DNA of 63,656 nucleotides, filler included, from Collodictyon triciliatum (lineage: Eukaryota): the NCBI GenBank assembly GCA_043381765.1. It is 8 parts of 8 records of this genome, joined end to end, with 100 filler letters (N's around TTAATTAATTAA, not from the genome) between each part and the next. Parts side by side here need not be neighbours in the genome. Positions count along the whole stretch, not along the records: positions 39,863 to 47,727 come from JBHJMP010003704.1; positions 47,828 to 55,690 come from JBHJMP010003705.1; 6 more parts are not named here. One strand, given 5' to 3'. Under the pieces are notes generated by a model. The model searched no databases and was not told the origin of the DNA. It saw only the letters and a program-made list of their open reading frames with translations. The translations under genes were made by a program, and so were the position numbers. Below, one piece after another: positions 39,863 through 52,945 of the stretch (position 1 is the first letter of the stretch; each line of letters starts with the position of its first letter).

Positions 39863-41002
39863 GTGATTGGAGAAAGCGGAGCACAGACGACGAAGGAAAT
39901 CCACGCAAAGTGCGAAACGGAGTTGGAAGAGCTTCGAAGGGAAAACGCGGAGTGGCAGAGACGCATGGAGGAGAGAGAGGAGCAGATGAGAGAGTTGGAA
40001 GGCATAGTGGAGGAGTACCGTGTGGAGAAGGAGCGGATTGCAAAGGCGGAGGAAGAGAAGAAGAAGAAGAGAATGGGTGTGGACTTGTACCAGAAGGCGT
40101 GGAGACACAACATCAGAGACTATGTTTTTCAGAAGAAGGTCGGGTCACAGGGAAGCGGAAATCATCAGTTTTATTATCCGTGGGGAATCGCAGTGCATCC
40201 AAAGACAAAACAGATATTCGTTGTCGAACAAAGCAACTATCGTGTTCAAGTGCTGAACGAGGATTTGAGCTTTTATCGCACGTTCGGCACAAATGGCTCA
40301 GGTCCCGGTCAGTTCAATGAACCAATCGGAATCGCCATTTCTCTTGATGGACGCATCGCTGTCGGTGATAACAGTGGAAATCGTGTGCAAATCTTTGATG
40401 ACAACTTCAATGTGATTGAGACTATCCAATCGGGCCGCAAAAGAAGCGCACAAAGCACAGCATCGAGCGACTTTGGGGGATTCAATAATCCATATAATAT
40501 GTGCTTTGACAGCGAAGGCAATCTTTATGTTGCAAACTATGGCAAGAATCAAGTGGAGAAGTTCAACCGGGCGTTTGAGTATGAACGCTCATTTGCAGAG
40601 TCAACTTTGCAAGAGAAAGGAATCGCGAATCCCGAAGGCATTTGTGTGACTTCAAAGAACGAAGTGTGTGTGATTGGACACGGCGGAGACAAAATCAACG
40701 TATATGATGCGATGGGAGGATTTCTGCGCACGGTGAAGATTAACAAAGTGCCGCATAATGTTTCGATTGCAGAAGGTCCAAACAACACAATCGTGGTGAG
40801 TGAATACGGAAGTCATCACATCCGCGTATACGACTCGACAAAAGACAACGTTGTTGTTCACACGTTCGGCACATCGTCGCAATCATCATCAAATGATGGC
40901 CACTTTTCTGGTCCGACAGGAATCTGCTTTGGACCGAATCAGAAACTCTATGTTTGTGACCGTAACAATCACCGTGTTCAAATGTTTGGTGGAAGCGAAT
41001 GA
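39863..41002 (+). CDS. Coiled-coil + six NHL-repeat beta-propeller protein, 5' truncated
   Basis: E/K/R-rich coiled coil followed by six repeats such as FNEPIGIAISLDGRIAVGDNSGNRVQIF and FSGPTGICFGPNQKLYVCDRNNHRVQMF. Confidence 0.93.
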   Translation: MIGESGAQTTKEIHAKCETELEELRRENAEWQRRMEEREEQMRELEGIVEEYRVEKERIAKAEEEKKKKRMGVDLYQKAWRHNIRDYVFQKKVGSQGSGNHQFYYPWGIAVHPKTKQIFVVEQSNYRVQVLNEDLSFYRTFGTNGSGPGQFNEPIGIAISLDGRIAVGDNSGNRVQIFDDNFNVIETIQSGRKRSAQSTASSDFGGFNNPYNMCFDSEGNLYVANYGKNQVEKFNRAFEYERSFAESTLQEKGIANPEGICVTSKNEVCVIGHGGDKINVYDAMGGFLRTVKINKVPHNVSIAEGPNNTIVVSEYGSHHIRVYDSTKDNVVVHTFGTSSQSSSNDGHFSGPTGICFGPNQKLYVCDRNNHRVQMFGGSE

Positions 41003-41629
41003 GAATGCGATGGACAGAAGCGATGGAGAGAAATGGGCAAGGAAGGAGAGAAGTGCGGAGCAGGAATAGTGTGGAAGGAATAAAACATATTGACCCAACA
41101 GATGAATATTTAAGTCTATTTTATTTATCATTTAGTCAATGAAATTAAGACATACAACTTCCAACAAAAACAAAAAGAGTATTACCTAATAAATATGAAA
41201 TAGTATGTAAAATGTTTAATAATCTCGGTCTAATGCATTCCAAATATATTTGTCATTTTAATTGTTTTATCGAATGATGAAGACAAAATAAAAAAAATCA
41301 ATTATCATCACAAAGTTAGAGGGTGAGCTGTGTGGCACTATGGGAACTTATATTTTTAGGTGTCTGCTTGTTTGTTTTTCTTATGGAAAACTATGACAAT
41401 ACCTTAAAAAAAGACGGCAGAATGCTTTACGTACAGACTATTCCACTGAAATAATATCAACCAAAGCACTGTCATATTTTATTCAGAACCATCAGAGAAT
41501 CAGACGCTGTTTTCGAGTCACTGAAAGAACACGTCATTCGACTCAGCCTCTTACAATCGAATCCCACACATACTTCCCACTGATTATCTCAAACATATTT
41601 TATTCTCCATTTTCTCACAATCCACAAGG

Positions 41630-43130
41630 TGAGTGTTTGGAAGAAAAGAGTCGATTTCACATCCTACTTCACAATATGGAATAACACAAAAGGTCGTACA
41701 TTAGTTATTATGTTTGAAAGCAAAGATATGTCTCTCCTCGCTTAAGACTCATTCGTGCTCCGAAGTGCGTTGCAATTGACTGAATTATGTAGTAAACGAT
41801 GAATCTCAAGAGGCTGAAGGAGCTGGAAGACATCTGCTGCAACTTCATCACTACGAATAATCAAATATATAAAATCAAGACGCTCTCTAAACCACCCACA
41901 GAGATAGAGCTGGGACTCATAACGCCTGGCATTGCATGGATATCGCTCACGATGAGATGGTGGACAGATATGCTTACCCATCCGAAAGGATTTTGGCAGC
42001 GTGGAATGTAGCATCTTATCCATCGCATATGCCCGAACTTCAAAGAAAAAATCTGTGAGAGCATAATTACATCACCACCATCAAACACTCTTGAGCCGCT
42101 ACTAGCGCGGTGGAAGATTATGCATGAAAACTGTGAAATGTGCAAGTTTATCCAACTACATGCTGTTACAGGCTAACTTTGCTGGGATAGAGCAAAAGGC
42201 TTCTGTATCATCAAGTCGAGAGAAGGAAACAGCTCCTTCGTCCTGCAACAAGTCGCTTTCCAAAAGGATGGGAGCTTCGCACCGTCGAAAAATGCAACGA
42301 TATTTCACTCCTCGAATGCAACCCCAACCACAGCCGTCCTGAACAACAAAGGAGAATGACGCTCACGACGCCCCATCTCATACGGAGCACCGTCGCCATT
42401 TTTCTTTCGCCTGAAGAACCAAAGGCGGTCCATTACGCCTGATTCTCCGCAATTCTCGATGGCCATGGCGTACTCCAAATTCTTCCGATATAAAATCATC
42501 AGTCCGAATCCCTACAAACNNNNNNNNNNNNNNNNNNNNNNNNNNNNNNNNNNNNNNNNNNNNNNNNNNNNNNNNNNNNNNNNNNNNNNNNNNNNNNNNN
42601 NNNNNNNNNNNNNNNNNNNNNNNNNNNNNNNNNNNNNNNNNNNNNNNNNNNNNNNNNNNNNNNNNNNNNNNNNNNNNNNNNNNNNNNNNNNNNNNNNNNN
42701 NNNNNNNNNNNNNNNNNNNNNNNNNNNNNNNNNNNNNNNNNNNNNNNNNNNNNNNNNNNNNNNNNNNNNNNNNNNNNNNNNNNNNNNNNNNNNNNNNNNN
42801 NNNNNNNNNNNNNNNNNNNNNNNNNNNNNNNNNNNNNNNNNNNNNNNNNNNNNNNNNNNNNNNNNNNNNNNNNNNNNNNNNNNNNNNNNNNNNNNNNNNN
42901 NNNNNNNNNNNNNNNNNNNNNNNNNNNNNNNNNNNNNNNNNNNNNNNNNNNNNNNNNNNNNNNNNNNNNNNNTCAATGTAACCAGACTTGAGAGCCTCGT
43001 GCAATACAGCTTCCTGAACAGCCTGCTGAAACACGCTCGTATTCTTCGCTACTCTGACCGCAAGCGAGGAGAGATGTGGAAATGTGTCGTGCGATATCTC
43101 CCACAGCATATCCAACCCCTGCTACCCACG
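41630..43130 (+). mobile_element. Degenerate L1/Tx1-like ORF2 remnant (post-RT region)
   Basis: Broken frames read WKKR...KGRTLVI...LKELEDICCNFI...TLSKPPTEIELGLITPGIAWISLTMRWW, resembling the L1-clade 'GRxxLI..FxW..LxxPxxxGGLGL..RW' pattern. Interrupted by stops, frameshifts and an N gap. Confidence 0.45.
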
Positions 43131-43769
43131 CAGCCAATCAACCAGTTGGGTCGCACACCTGACCAACTCGTTATCACTGATTTCTTTCCATTGATACCTT
43201 TACACCACAGTATCCCCTCCTATTCGCGTTTGCTCTCTAATATATATGATAGACCAGTCATTTGTTTGAATCCACATAGTTGTTCTAGGTAATTCAAAAG
43301 CATAAAATTAAGCAACAGATTACGAACATAAAAGAAAAGAAATAGTAAAGCAGCCATCCGATTCATCAATTCGTTTATTTAATTTTGCTGATTTTCTGAT
43401 AGGGTAGGTGGCGTGAGGATGGTTTTGTGTAGGTTTTCGCCTTTCTTTTCTAGGAGGAGTTTGTCTGCCGCCTCTTGTTGGCGACATAAAAGTTTTCTAA
43501 AATGTGCCTGTATGACCCTAGCAGCCCTTATCTTTCCAACCTATTATGTTCATCGCAAATTCGTTAAAATTAAAAAAAACTTTAAAAATAAAAAAACTTT
43601 AAAAATAACAATGGTTTGTAAAAAAAAAAAAAATGTGCCATACGTCAGCTAGGGATTCAGGCAAACTCTCAATTGATGGAAATGCAGCCTTGACCTCCCG
43701 TTTGATTTTATCTTTAACAGGACCCTCAGGTAGGCTTTTTTTTTGGCATTTTCAGGTTCAAAAAGCATT

Positions 43770-46700
43770 AGTTTCTCAAGGTTGGGCAGTATATTTGTAT
43801 GTCTGATTGATATAATCATATTTACCTATTTATTTTAAACACGTCGACAATTAAAGAATTCAACATCTCATAAAAGTGAACGACACCCTATTAAAGCAAT
43901 TGTTTTGTGTAACTTGTCTCTGAAATAGTGATAAAAAAGAAGGAAGTGGTGTATAAATTTCGGCAACTTTTGTCGAACGCCCTCTAATAGAGTCGAAAGA
44001 GTCCCAAGGACTTAACACCAACCTCATGGTCAGGAAGTTTAAGCCTGTATATTTGAGCTCCGACGTTGCGATAGCCTAAAATCAGACATTAATTTATTAT
44101 TTACATTTTGAAAATCGACTATAATAATAAATTGTATGAGAAAAAGATCCAACACACCTGTTTGAAACGGTGGTCCAAGTAATCCGAGTAAAATAGCAAT
44201 TCTTGACTTTAATTCGTTAAATGGTTTTAAGTAATTTGTATCTAGGTTCAATAAAAATACGTCTTCACAAATTTACATGGCAACTTTTACTTTAAAAGAA
44301 AAAATACCCACCGACTTCATGGTGTAATTATTTTTTCTTTCACATGCAAACATCCATACATCAATAAACCTAAAAATATGGAAGTATTAGGTCCTATTAC
44401 TTATATCTTTTTGAATAAATATGGGGGATAAACAAACTTGTTGATATTTTCTTCTGATATTGATCCGCAGAAGGAACTCCGTGCGTCGATATATTTGTCC
44501 AAAAAGATTGCTGTTTGTAGAATTTCTGCTTGTTAGTATGAAAGTATACTTCATTTCTAAAAATATTTAAATAATTTTACCGTTGTAGATATTCAGGGCC
44601 ATAAAACCCATCAAAAAGAGGAAACTAAAGAAGAAAATATTTGCTGTTATGGGAAAACCGCAGTCCCCTTTTTCCATATCGCAAAACGGTGGTTGAATCA
44701 TACAACCCCTTCGTATTTCATCCCAACGATCAAAAGTCATGACCCTTTAGAAAAAATAACTTTTTAGAAAAAACTCACTACTCAAGCTGCATGTAGATGA
44801 ATTCCATGATGTTATTAACAAAATAGACATCTTCATACACACCTTAGTAGAGTCAATGACGACGTCCAAAAATTCGAAAAATTCGCATGAGAGTTAAGAC
44901 CACTTTGGGAATACTTCACATCCTTGAAAAGTTCTCTTCCAATCATCGAGTATAAGAATAAAACGGAAACCATAGGACTAATCACTTTTCCCAAAACTAC
45001 CGAAGAATCCCTAATTTTTTACACCAATCTTTACTATTATAAATGACTGAATTTTTCTAAGAGCTTGTTAATGCAACCTCATCTAAATTTGAGAGATTTT
45101 AACATGTTTGATAAATGAAAACTTACAGAGCAGTTAGTAGTAATGTATAAATATCATCAGATAGATGAAAAAGTCTAAATAATCTGGCGAATCGAAATAA
45201 TCGAAGCATTCTCAAAATAGAAGATGTAGTCTCTCTTTTGTTTCTCAAAACAGAGTATATTATTTCTAAAAAAATATAATAAAGACTTTAATATTGTTCT
45301 AACCACAGTAACACTATTAAAATAAATGAAAAGTTCTGACCTGACAAGGGTAACATGGTGACGAGACAATCAAATAAATTCGCTTTAGAGTAAAAGTAAA
45401 ATTTTCCGTGAGCAGCCATTTTGATAAAAGCCTCAAAAATGAATGTAAAAGTAAAAGCGTCATGGATAGCTCCTGTGTTAGATTAAAACAAAATCAATTT
45501 GGAAATATTAATTAAAAATTCACGTTCTTTTTTATTCTACTCGAATCCTGCATGAAATATAATTTTAATAGTCATATCAATAGAATCAAGCCGAAAAATT
45601 ACTCACCAAATATCACTGAGGAGACTACATCCTCAATATAGCCGTCCATTATCAGTGCAAATATACTTAATAATATGCAAGAGCATATTCCGATTTCAAA
45701 CCTTTTGGAGCTGAACAAAAAAATTATTGAAAAGAGAACAGTAAAATTGAATTTTTATTTGCTGTTCACCTGGTCATATCGAACAATGACCTTGAGAAAT
45801 TATTTCTTGGCTTTACTTTAAGCGGATTTGGCCGAGTATGCACGTAATATTTCTTTCAAAAAAGATAGTCATGATTACCATAGTTCGTTTCGTATTAATT
45901 TACAACATATAAACTATGCATACCCATAAATAGAACCATCTCTTTTCATTTGGGGACAATACGTTAACTCCTCTTTCAACATCTTTTATCTTAATAGGCA
46001 TTATTTAGTTTTCTTTTCGGTTATTATTTTGGTATATCTATATAATGAATCTAACACACCTTTTTGTACTGATGTATTATAATGCCCATAATCAAGGAGG
46101 ACATATAGAATCCCCCAAACATCATAAATATTACAAAATAAACAGATAGCTCTTGTCTATTATTGTACTTTGGCTGCTTTGATACCTATATTAAGTCCAA
46201 AAGAACTATTAGATTCACAATTTTGGAAGTGGCCACTATTTAATAAATTTTAAAACATTTTAAACCCTTTTAATACAACTTACATCAACAGAGTCCATTC
46301 CTTGGTACATAACTTTAATCCAATCTTCTCTCATAGACAGAAGTATTAGGGTTTGAAAAGAGTTTGTAAAATCATCGAAATTGTAATATGCATTCGTCCA
46401 TTCTCTTTCTAAGACCTAATCGAAAATGATTTTCTTATGATATTGAAATAATGGTATGACACTTTAAGAAAATACCTGCCCATCGATACTGACTATTCCA
46501 TGACATTGAATTGATAATTCTAGATCTAATTTTTAATTAAATATAATATTGTATATTTTTTGATATGCGTTGCTTAAATTTTTTTACCTTTATCGTTGCA
46601 GAAATTAAATTTGTCCTTGAAAAGCTGCATTCCTATCACAGCGAATACATACCACACCAATATCATCAAAAAAATCCCACTCATTACTTGTGGGATAGAT

Positions 46701-47701
46701 ATGATGATAGCCTTTACTAATTCCTATAATTTTAAAATAATGAAGAATATTTAAAATAAATTCATACCAAAATGAAATTTTTCTGAATAACTTAATCCTT
46801 TATTTTACTTGTTTGAATATTTAATAGAAAAAACCAAAATAATATCGTCCATACATACCTTCATCGCCTTGACTTTGTGGATAACTCTCAAAGACCTAAG
46901 TGAATTCATAGATCTCGCCAACTTGAATTTCAGTAGAGACTTCGGCACAAAGTAGTTGGACATGATGAATATCTTTAACATTATACGATTAGTTTATTTT
47001 CAAAATAAATATTCAATATAAAAAGGTACTATTATCAAGAAAAAATCAAGTAGGTTCCAATAGTCCTTTAAGTAAGTGCCCTTTCCAAAGAAGAAGCCAT
47101 TCTACATGTTGAAAATATTTAATAATAATCAAATCAAAACTGCGTTGAATAGAGTTTTACCACTATGGTCTTCATTATGGCTTCTCCAATAAAAATGATC
47201 AGGCATACACCATCGACCATTTTTAGATCTATGACAGATGCTACATCTGAAGTATGTAATATAATGTAGATTAAAAAATAACAAACTTTTAGACAAGTAA
47301 TAAAAAAATTCAACTATTACATGCGTCATCTTTTAGTATCAATGATAGACAGCTTATAATTATAACTAATAGCATCATCGTATCAAAAATGGGATCTTTA
47401 ATGATGCGGTATATTATCTAAACATGGTTTAATCTTACTAAAAAAAACTATAACAGTTAGTTTTCAATTTATTTAAGATAGAATGCCACTACATAATTAT
47501 ATTATAGCTAATTCATCTAAATTTCATACATGTCGTATGTAGTTATGCCTGTCAAATATTAGTAAAGATCTCCCAATCAATTGATTTGATATGGATTGCT
47601 CTTCATAAAAGTCTTCTATATCTGAATCGACTCCTCCATCAGGAGCATCTGTGGGTACGATGCTCATGATTTCTTCATTTCTTTCATATTCTTTATTCTC
47701 C
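43770..47701 (-). CDS. Four-domain voltage-gated Ca2+/Na+ channel-like subunit, domains III-IV and C-terminus; 5' truncated, 3' end approximate
   Basis: Many small exons: YLKDYWNLLDF, LRSLRVI, FAVIGMQLFKDKFNFCND, YNFDDF...SMREDWIKVMYQGMD, LRMLRLFRFARLFRL, HANFSNF...RVMTFDRWDEI...QPPFC...DCG. Confidence 0.9.
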
Positions 47702-48024
47702 TACAAGGGATTATTGTAAGTAAAACTNNNNNNNNNNNNNNNNNNNNNNNNNNNNNNNNNNNNNNNNNNNNTTAATTAATTAANNNNNNNNNNNNNNNNN
47801 NNNNNNNNNNNNNNNNNNNNNNNNNNNAAAAGAAGAGAAAAGAAAAGAAGAGAAAAGAAAAGAAGAGAAAAGAAAAGAAGAGAAAAGAAAAGAAGAGAAA
47901 AGAAAAGAAGAGAAAAGAAAAGAAGAGAGGAAAAGAAAAGAAGAAAAAAAGAAAAGAAGAAAGTGAGGACTGACCCACAAGGACGCGTGTGCAGGCAGGC
48001 AGCAGCAGCAGCAGAGAAGAGCGA

Positions 48025-49879
48025 ATGGGGCGCAAAGGTCCGCCTGTGCGGCCGTGGGTGGTGATCCTGTTTGGGATCGTGTGCATCGGGGGCGGGCTGC
48101 TCGCGTCGCTGGGGATCATCAACCCGCTGATCAGCCGCACGGTGCAGGAGCGTCTCGTGGTGGACGACGTCACAAAGCCCGGCTTCGAGCAGTGGGAGAC
48201 AAACACAAACAAGGACGACGTCAGCCAGATCTTCCAGTTCTACTTCTGGAACCTCACCAACCCGGACAAGGTGCGCCTCGGCTCCAGCCCTGTCGTCGAG
48301 AAGGTGCGCACCGAGTCTGATCGCCCTTGTTTTGTTTTGTTTTGTTTTTTGCTTTGCTTTGCTTTTCTTTGCTTTTCTTTGCTTTTCTTTGCTTTTCTTT
48401 GTTTTGCTTTGTTTTGCTTTGTTTTGCTTTGTTTTGCTTTGTTTTGCTTTGTTTTGCTTTGATTTGCTTTGTTTTGCTTTGTTTTGCTTTGTTTTGCTTT
48501 GTTTTGCTTTGCTTTGTTTTGCTTTGCTGTGCTTTGCTTTGCTTTGTTGTCCCTTGGGAAGTTCTCTCTCCCCTCTCCCCAAGAGGCCTGACGCAAAGCC
48601 CTCCCTCAGATCGGCCCGTTCCTCTACGAGCGGCGCTGGCGCAAGTTCGACGTGGAGATCGAGGGGGAGTGGAACAAGTACCTGTACTGGGTCAACTACC
48701 GCGCACTGAACGACAGCAGCAGCGGGAGCGGAAACGGTGCGGCTGCGCAGCCCAACCCCGACACGACGCGCATCACAAACATCAACTTTGCGTTCATGGG
48801 CGTCCTGTCCATCACCGGCAACGACGCAAACATCGTCGTCCCCCTGACCGGCCCGCTGCTCAAGCGCAACATCAACATCCTGGCCGCATACGTCCTCGCC
48901 TTCCACACCCCGCAGACCGTGGCCGACCAGTACGCCCGCATCCTCGCCATCCTGCCCTCCCCAGACGCCTTTGCTGCCGAGTGGGCAAACGGCACGTACG
49001 CAGACGACCCTCTCTGGGAGTCCTTCCTGCCCAGTGAGACTCCCCCTGCGGTCCCTTCCCCTGCACATCAATCTATGTCCATCACACACCCCATCACACA
49101 CCCCATCACACACTCCGTCACACACTCCATCACACACTCCATCACACACTCCATCACACACTCCATCACACACTCCATCACACACTCCGTCACACACTCC
49201 ATCACACACTCCATCACACACTCCATCACACACTCCATCACATATATCCGTATCCATCACACCCGTCAAGACGTCATCCACATCCCGCACAGGTGTCCTT
49301 GCTTCCAAGCCCACAAGCATCTCTCCGCAAAGCGTGCAGCTGCTCTTCAACTCTACCCTCCCTGCCGCCCTCACTCTGGACACCCTCAATAACTACGACC
49401 CTCTCTACAGCTGGTTCCGTTTCAACAGCAATGATAAAAAGACCCTTGCAGAGCGCTTCCTTCTCACCGACGAGCAGGTCCCTCCTCTCCTCTCCTCCTT
49501 TCTCCTCCTTTCTCCTCCACACACACGCTAATCCATTTCCCCTTCCCTGTCAAAATCGTGCCAGGTATTCATCTCCCCAGACTTCATTTTTCCACACGCT
49601 CCTTTTTCCCATGTTCAAAGCTCTGAAACGCCCTCAAACACATTCAGGTTTCCCTCGTCCAGAAATGGCTTGTCTACTACCAGCAGGCCAGAGTATGGCC
49701 ACGTTTGAGAAAGAGACTCTCAGCCACAGAGCCCATCCAGGAAATCATCGATCTTGGCTATCTTCAGTATGGAAAGGCCTCGCTTCTAGGTGGAACGGTT
49801 TGTCTCTTCGATTTTCATTCAAAGACTGTCAAACATTCAATCAAATTCCTTACAGCCCCCTAACACACCACGTTACATT

Positions 49880-49935
<56 letters not shown>

Positions 49936-52603
49936 ACACCACTAAACATGTCTGTGGTGTTTGCTATCTCTTTAGTTATCAAACATTGTATTCCCAAGTG
50001 AAAACCTGGGCACGCGCATGGAATACTATGTCCCGCAAATGGGTCCGGTTGCTGCTCTTTCCCTCCCCACTTCCCGCTACTTTTTCAACGTAATTCTATG
50101 CTTATCTTATTGCTCAATTGCATCCGTTCTATTGAAGATACAGCCACTTGCATTCGATAACACCTTTGTATCCCCTTCTCATTCAGCTAATGGAAGGCTC
50201 CTATACATTCACACTTATACCCCTCATATCTACAACCAGGATACCAGAGTAGGTATAGTCAACCCTGATCCGTTCACATACTACGCACAACTCTGCAGCA
50301 CTGGCCAGTTTGCATTAATTCAGTCAATATACAGGATCAACGAACTACAGGTGCCTTTCTCTTAATTATACATCACAGAACGCAGATTCTGCTGTTCAAA
50401 GAGTGGTCTTGAAATCTTTTAGTCGAATAAAACATTGCATGGCAATAACTCCTGGCATCCGATTCAATCAACCCGCTTACCCGGCCACATATTTATTAAT
50501 CTGATTAGGCAAAACTCCACGCTGACTACATATTCAGCCCAAACAACACCCAAAACTCGGTTATCGCCAAGTATACAACTCCATATCTAGGTCAACTATA
50601 CAAAGATGGCGGCGATTTGTTTACAACACACACCGTTACTGAATGGTTATTTGGGTACGATGACCCACTTCTTGCGCAATTAAGGTTGGTCTACTTATAT
50701 CACCAATCAATCTTAAGCATATGCATTTTTCTTTCAGCTTTTCTCTTACCATTTCCATTTCTTGGTAACATAATTTGTAGCTAATCGACCAAAAAAAAGT
50801 TACTTTCATTTTTATAATTATTCACAATTTTTAATACGTGTCACTATCTCGTCATGGCATACTCAGACCCTCAAGGAATCCTATCCTGATATTCAACTCA
50901 TGGGAAACTGAAGCGGAATGCCGTGAATTTTACACCCTACCGGATGGAAGACGAAATGTCACCATCGCCAACAATGGTGGAAAGGACTTTAGAAAGGTAG
51001 TAGTCTCTTTTTTCTTCTTCTTTTTTCTTCTTTTTTCTTCTTTTTTCTTCTTTTTTCTTCTTTTTTTTTTCCTTCACTTCTTCCTCTGGTAGTCCTCATT
51101 CATGCAATACACGATTTTTTAATCGATTGTTTCTCCGACTCTCTGTTCTTGCGGTATATTTAATCAGTCCATACGTTCGTGTGTTACCATAAGTCTATTT
51201 TATTTAAAGTATTCATGGTGTGGAAATCTAGTTCAATGAGTTCAGACAAGTAGATGGAGTGGAAGAGACAAACTATTGGCCAACTCCTGAGAGGGTTCGC
51301 GGTACCGACGGAGTCCAATTTTCTCCTGACTTGGGACGGGACGACAAGGTTTGGACTCACAAACGAAAATCTATTTATGTCGTCGGTAGTAGCTCTCAAT
51401 TCTTGTACATAGAAAATAAAAACCAGCACGTCAATCATGGTTTGTCCTAAATCACAGCAATCCATTTAGCATACGGTCTGGTTCCCCGAATACGGCCGAG
51501 CAGTTGACATGGAGTCTTCGTATCGCTCATACACAATTAAGGTGCTTTCCCCAAATCGCTACCGGTGATATACCAACCACACTCTATGAACTATACGCCT
51601 TCGAACGACACTACTTCCATCCAACCCCTTTTCTTGTGAGAGGTCACCTTCAAGTGCGCTGTTTTTAACGCCTCACTTTGAATTACAAGCACCATCGACG
51701 ATATTCTACTTTACCAACAGAATGATGATTCATACACAGGACATCAAAGTGAACCGCTACATTCTTCCTGACACACTTTTCAGTGTGAACACGCAATACC
51801 AGCAGACGATTCCTGGCTTTATCAACCTGACAGAGAGATACCAGCGAACCCCTATCTTTGCATCACAACCCTACATGTACGGGACAGAAAGGTATGTTGC
51901 CTGTGAAAACAATCTTAACCCTTCCCCAGCCATCAAACATACTGAAGGACGTGCAGCGCGCGCCATTTATTCATGTGGGGTCCAAGGACCTCGCATTTTA
52001 CCCTGGGACGCTGATCCATGTCCCCAAGTCATTCAAAAAGCATTTAAATTTATATAATTTGTCGTGAAGCAAGTACACGAGCAAGGTTTCCGGACAGAAT
52101 CCGTTGGAAGGAAAGAATCTCGGAACATTCGTGGACGTGGAGCCTATAACAGGAGCAACTTTGCGAGGTCGTCGACAGTTGCAACTCAACGTCTACCTGC
52201 GCAGCGGAAACCCAAAGTAAGCCTTCATCACCCATTTTAGCCGGCCTCATCGCCTTTTCGCAAGCAGGCACGTTTAGAGTCTGTGCCTAGCAAATAGAAT
52301 AGCACATAACCCACCGACCTTACTTCGACTCTGATTACCCACACAAGCCCGCTATTCTCGCCGGCCGGACAGAATCGGATGGTGCCTGTGGACACGTTCT
52401 ATCCCGCCGTATATATCGATGGTGGATCTGAGGTCAGTGACGCTCGCGCAAAGGAGCTCAACGACACGCTCTTCCGCGCACTCTCCCTTTCTCGCGGCTT
52501 GCTGATAGCGCTGACAACATTTGGAAGCATCCTGGTCTTCGTGGCGTCTGTGTACTGGGGATACAAAAAGTACCGCATGAAGGGAAGCTACGATTCGTTC
52601 TAG
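48025..52603 (+). CDS. CD36/LIMP-2 (class B scavenger receptor) family membrane glycoprotein
   Basis: N-terminal TM, FYFWNLTNP...VEKIGPFLYE, HTVTEWLFGYDDPLL, VRGTDGVQFSP, PIFASQPYMY, VDVEPITGATL...QLN, C-terminal TM and tail ending YDSF*. Confidence 0.92.
49080..49241 (+). repeat. 12-bp minisatellite (CATCACACACTC)n, about 13 copies, probably intronic
   Basis: Direct inspection. Confidence 0.9.
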
Positions 52604-52945
52604 CCACAACAGCGCGCACCGCGACTGCCACTCGCCTTCGCCCGACACGGCCATAGAATATCCACAAAGCTTGCCTCTCTCTCCCTGAACCACATTCGAA
52701 AGCATCAATAAAGCAGAGTCCACAACCAGCAGCAGCAGCAAGCAGAGGATGCGAAGCCAGCCAACACAGCAAAGGAGATGGCCCACCCGCACGAAATAGG
52801 CGCCCTGCAAGACCAGCCGCGCTCCACCGAGGGTCGCATTGCGTCGCACCATATGAGACGAAAATACGGGGATGGAGATAACGCCTGTTGCAATACGAAT
52901 ATTTATTCCCGTAAACAGCCCGAGTCTGCGTCTGCAGCACGCCCC

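Noticed and set aside
49080-49241. Repeat array as CRISPR, or as a (SITH)n/(CDGV)n protein repeat
   Set aside because: No spacers or cas genes. It is a head-to-tail 12-mer that appears to lie in a CD36-gene intron, so the ORFs through it are incidental.
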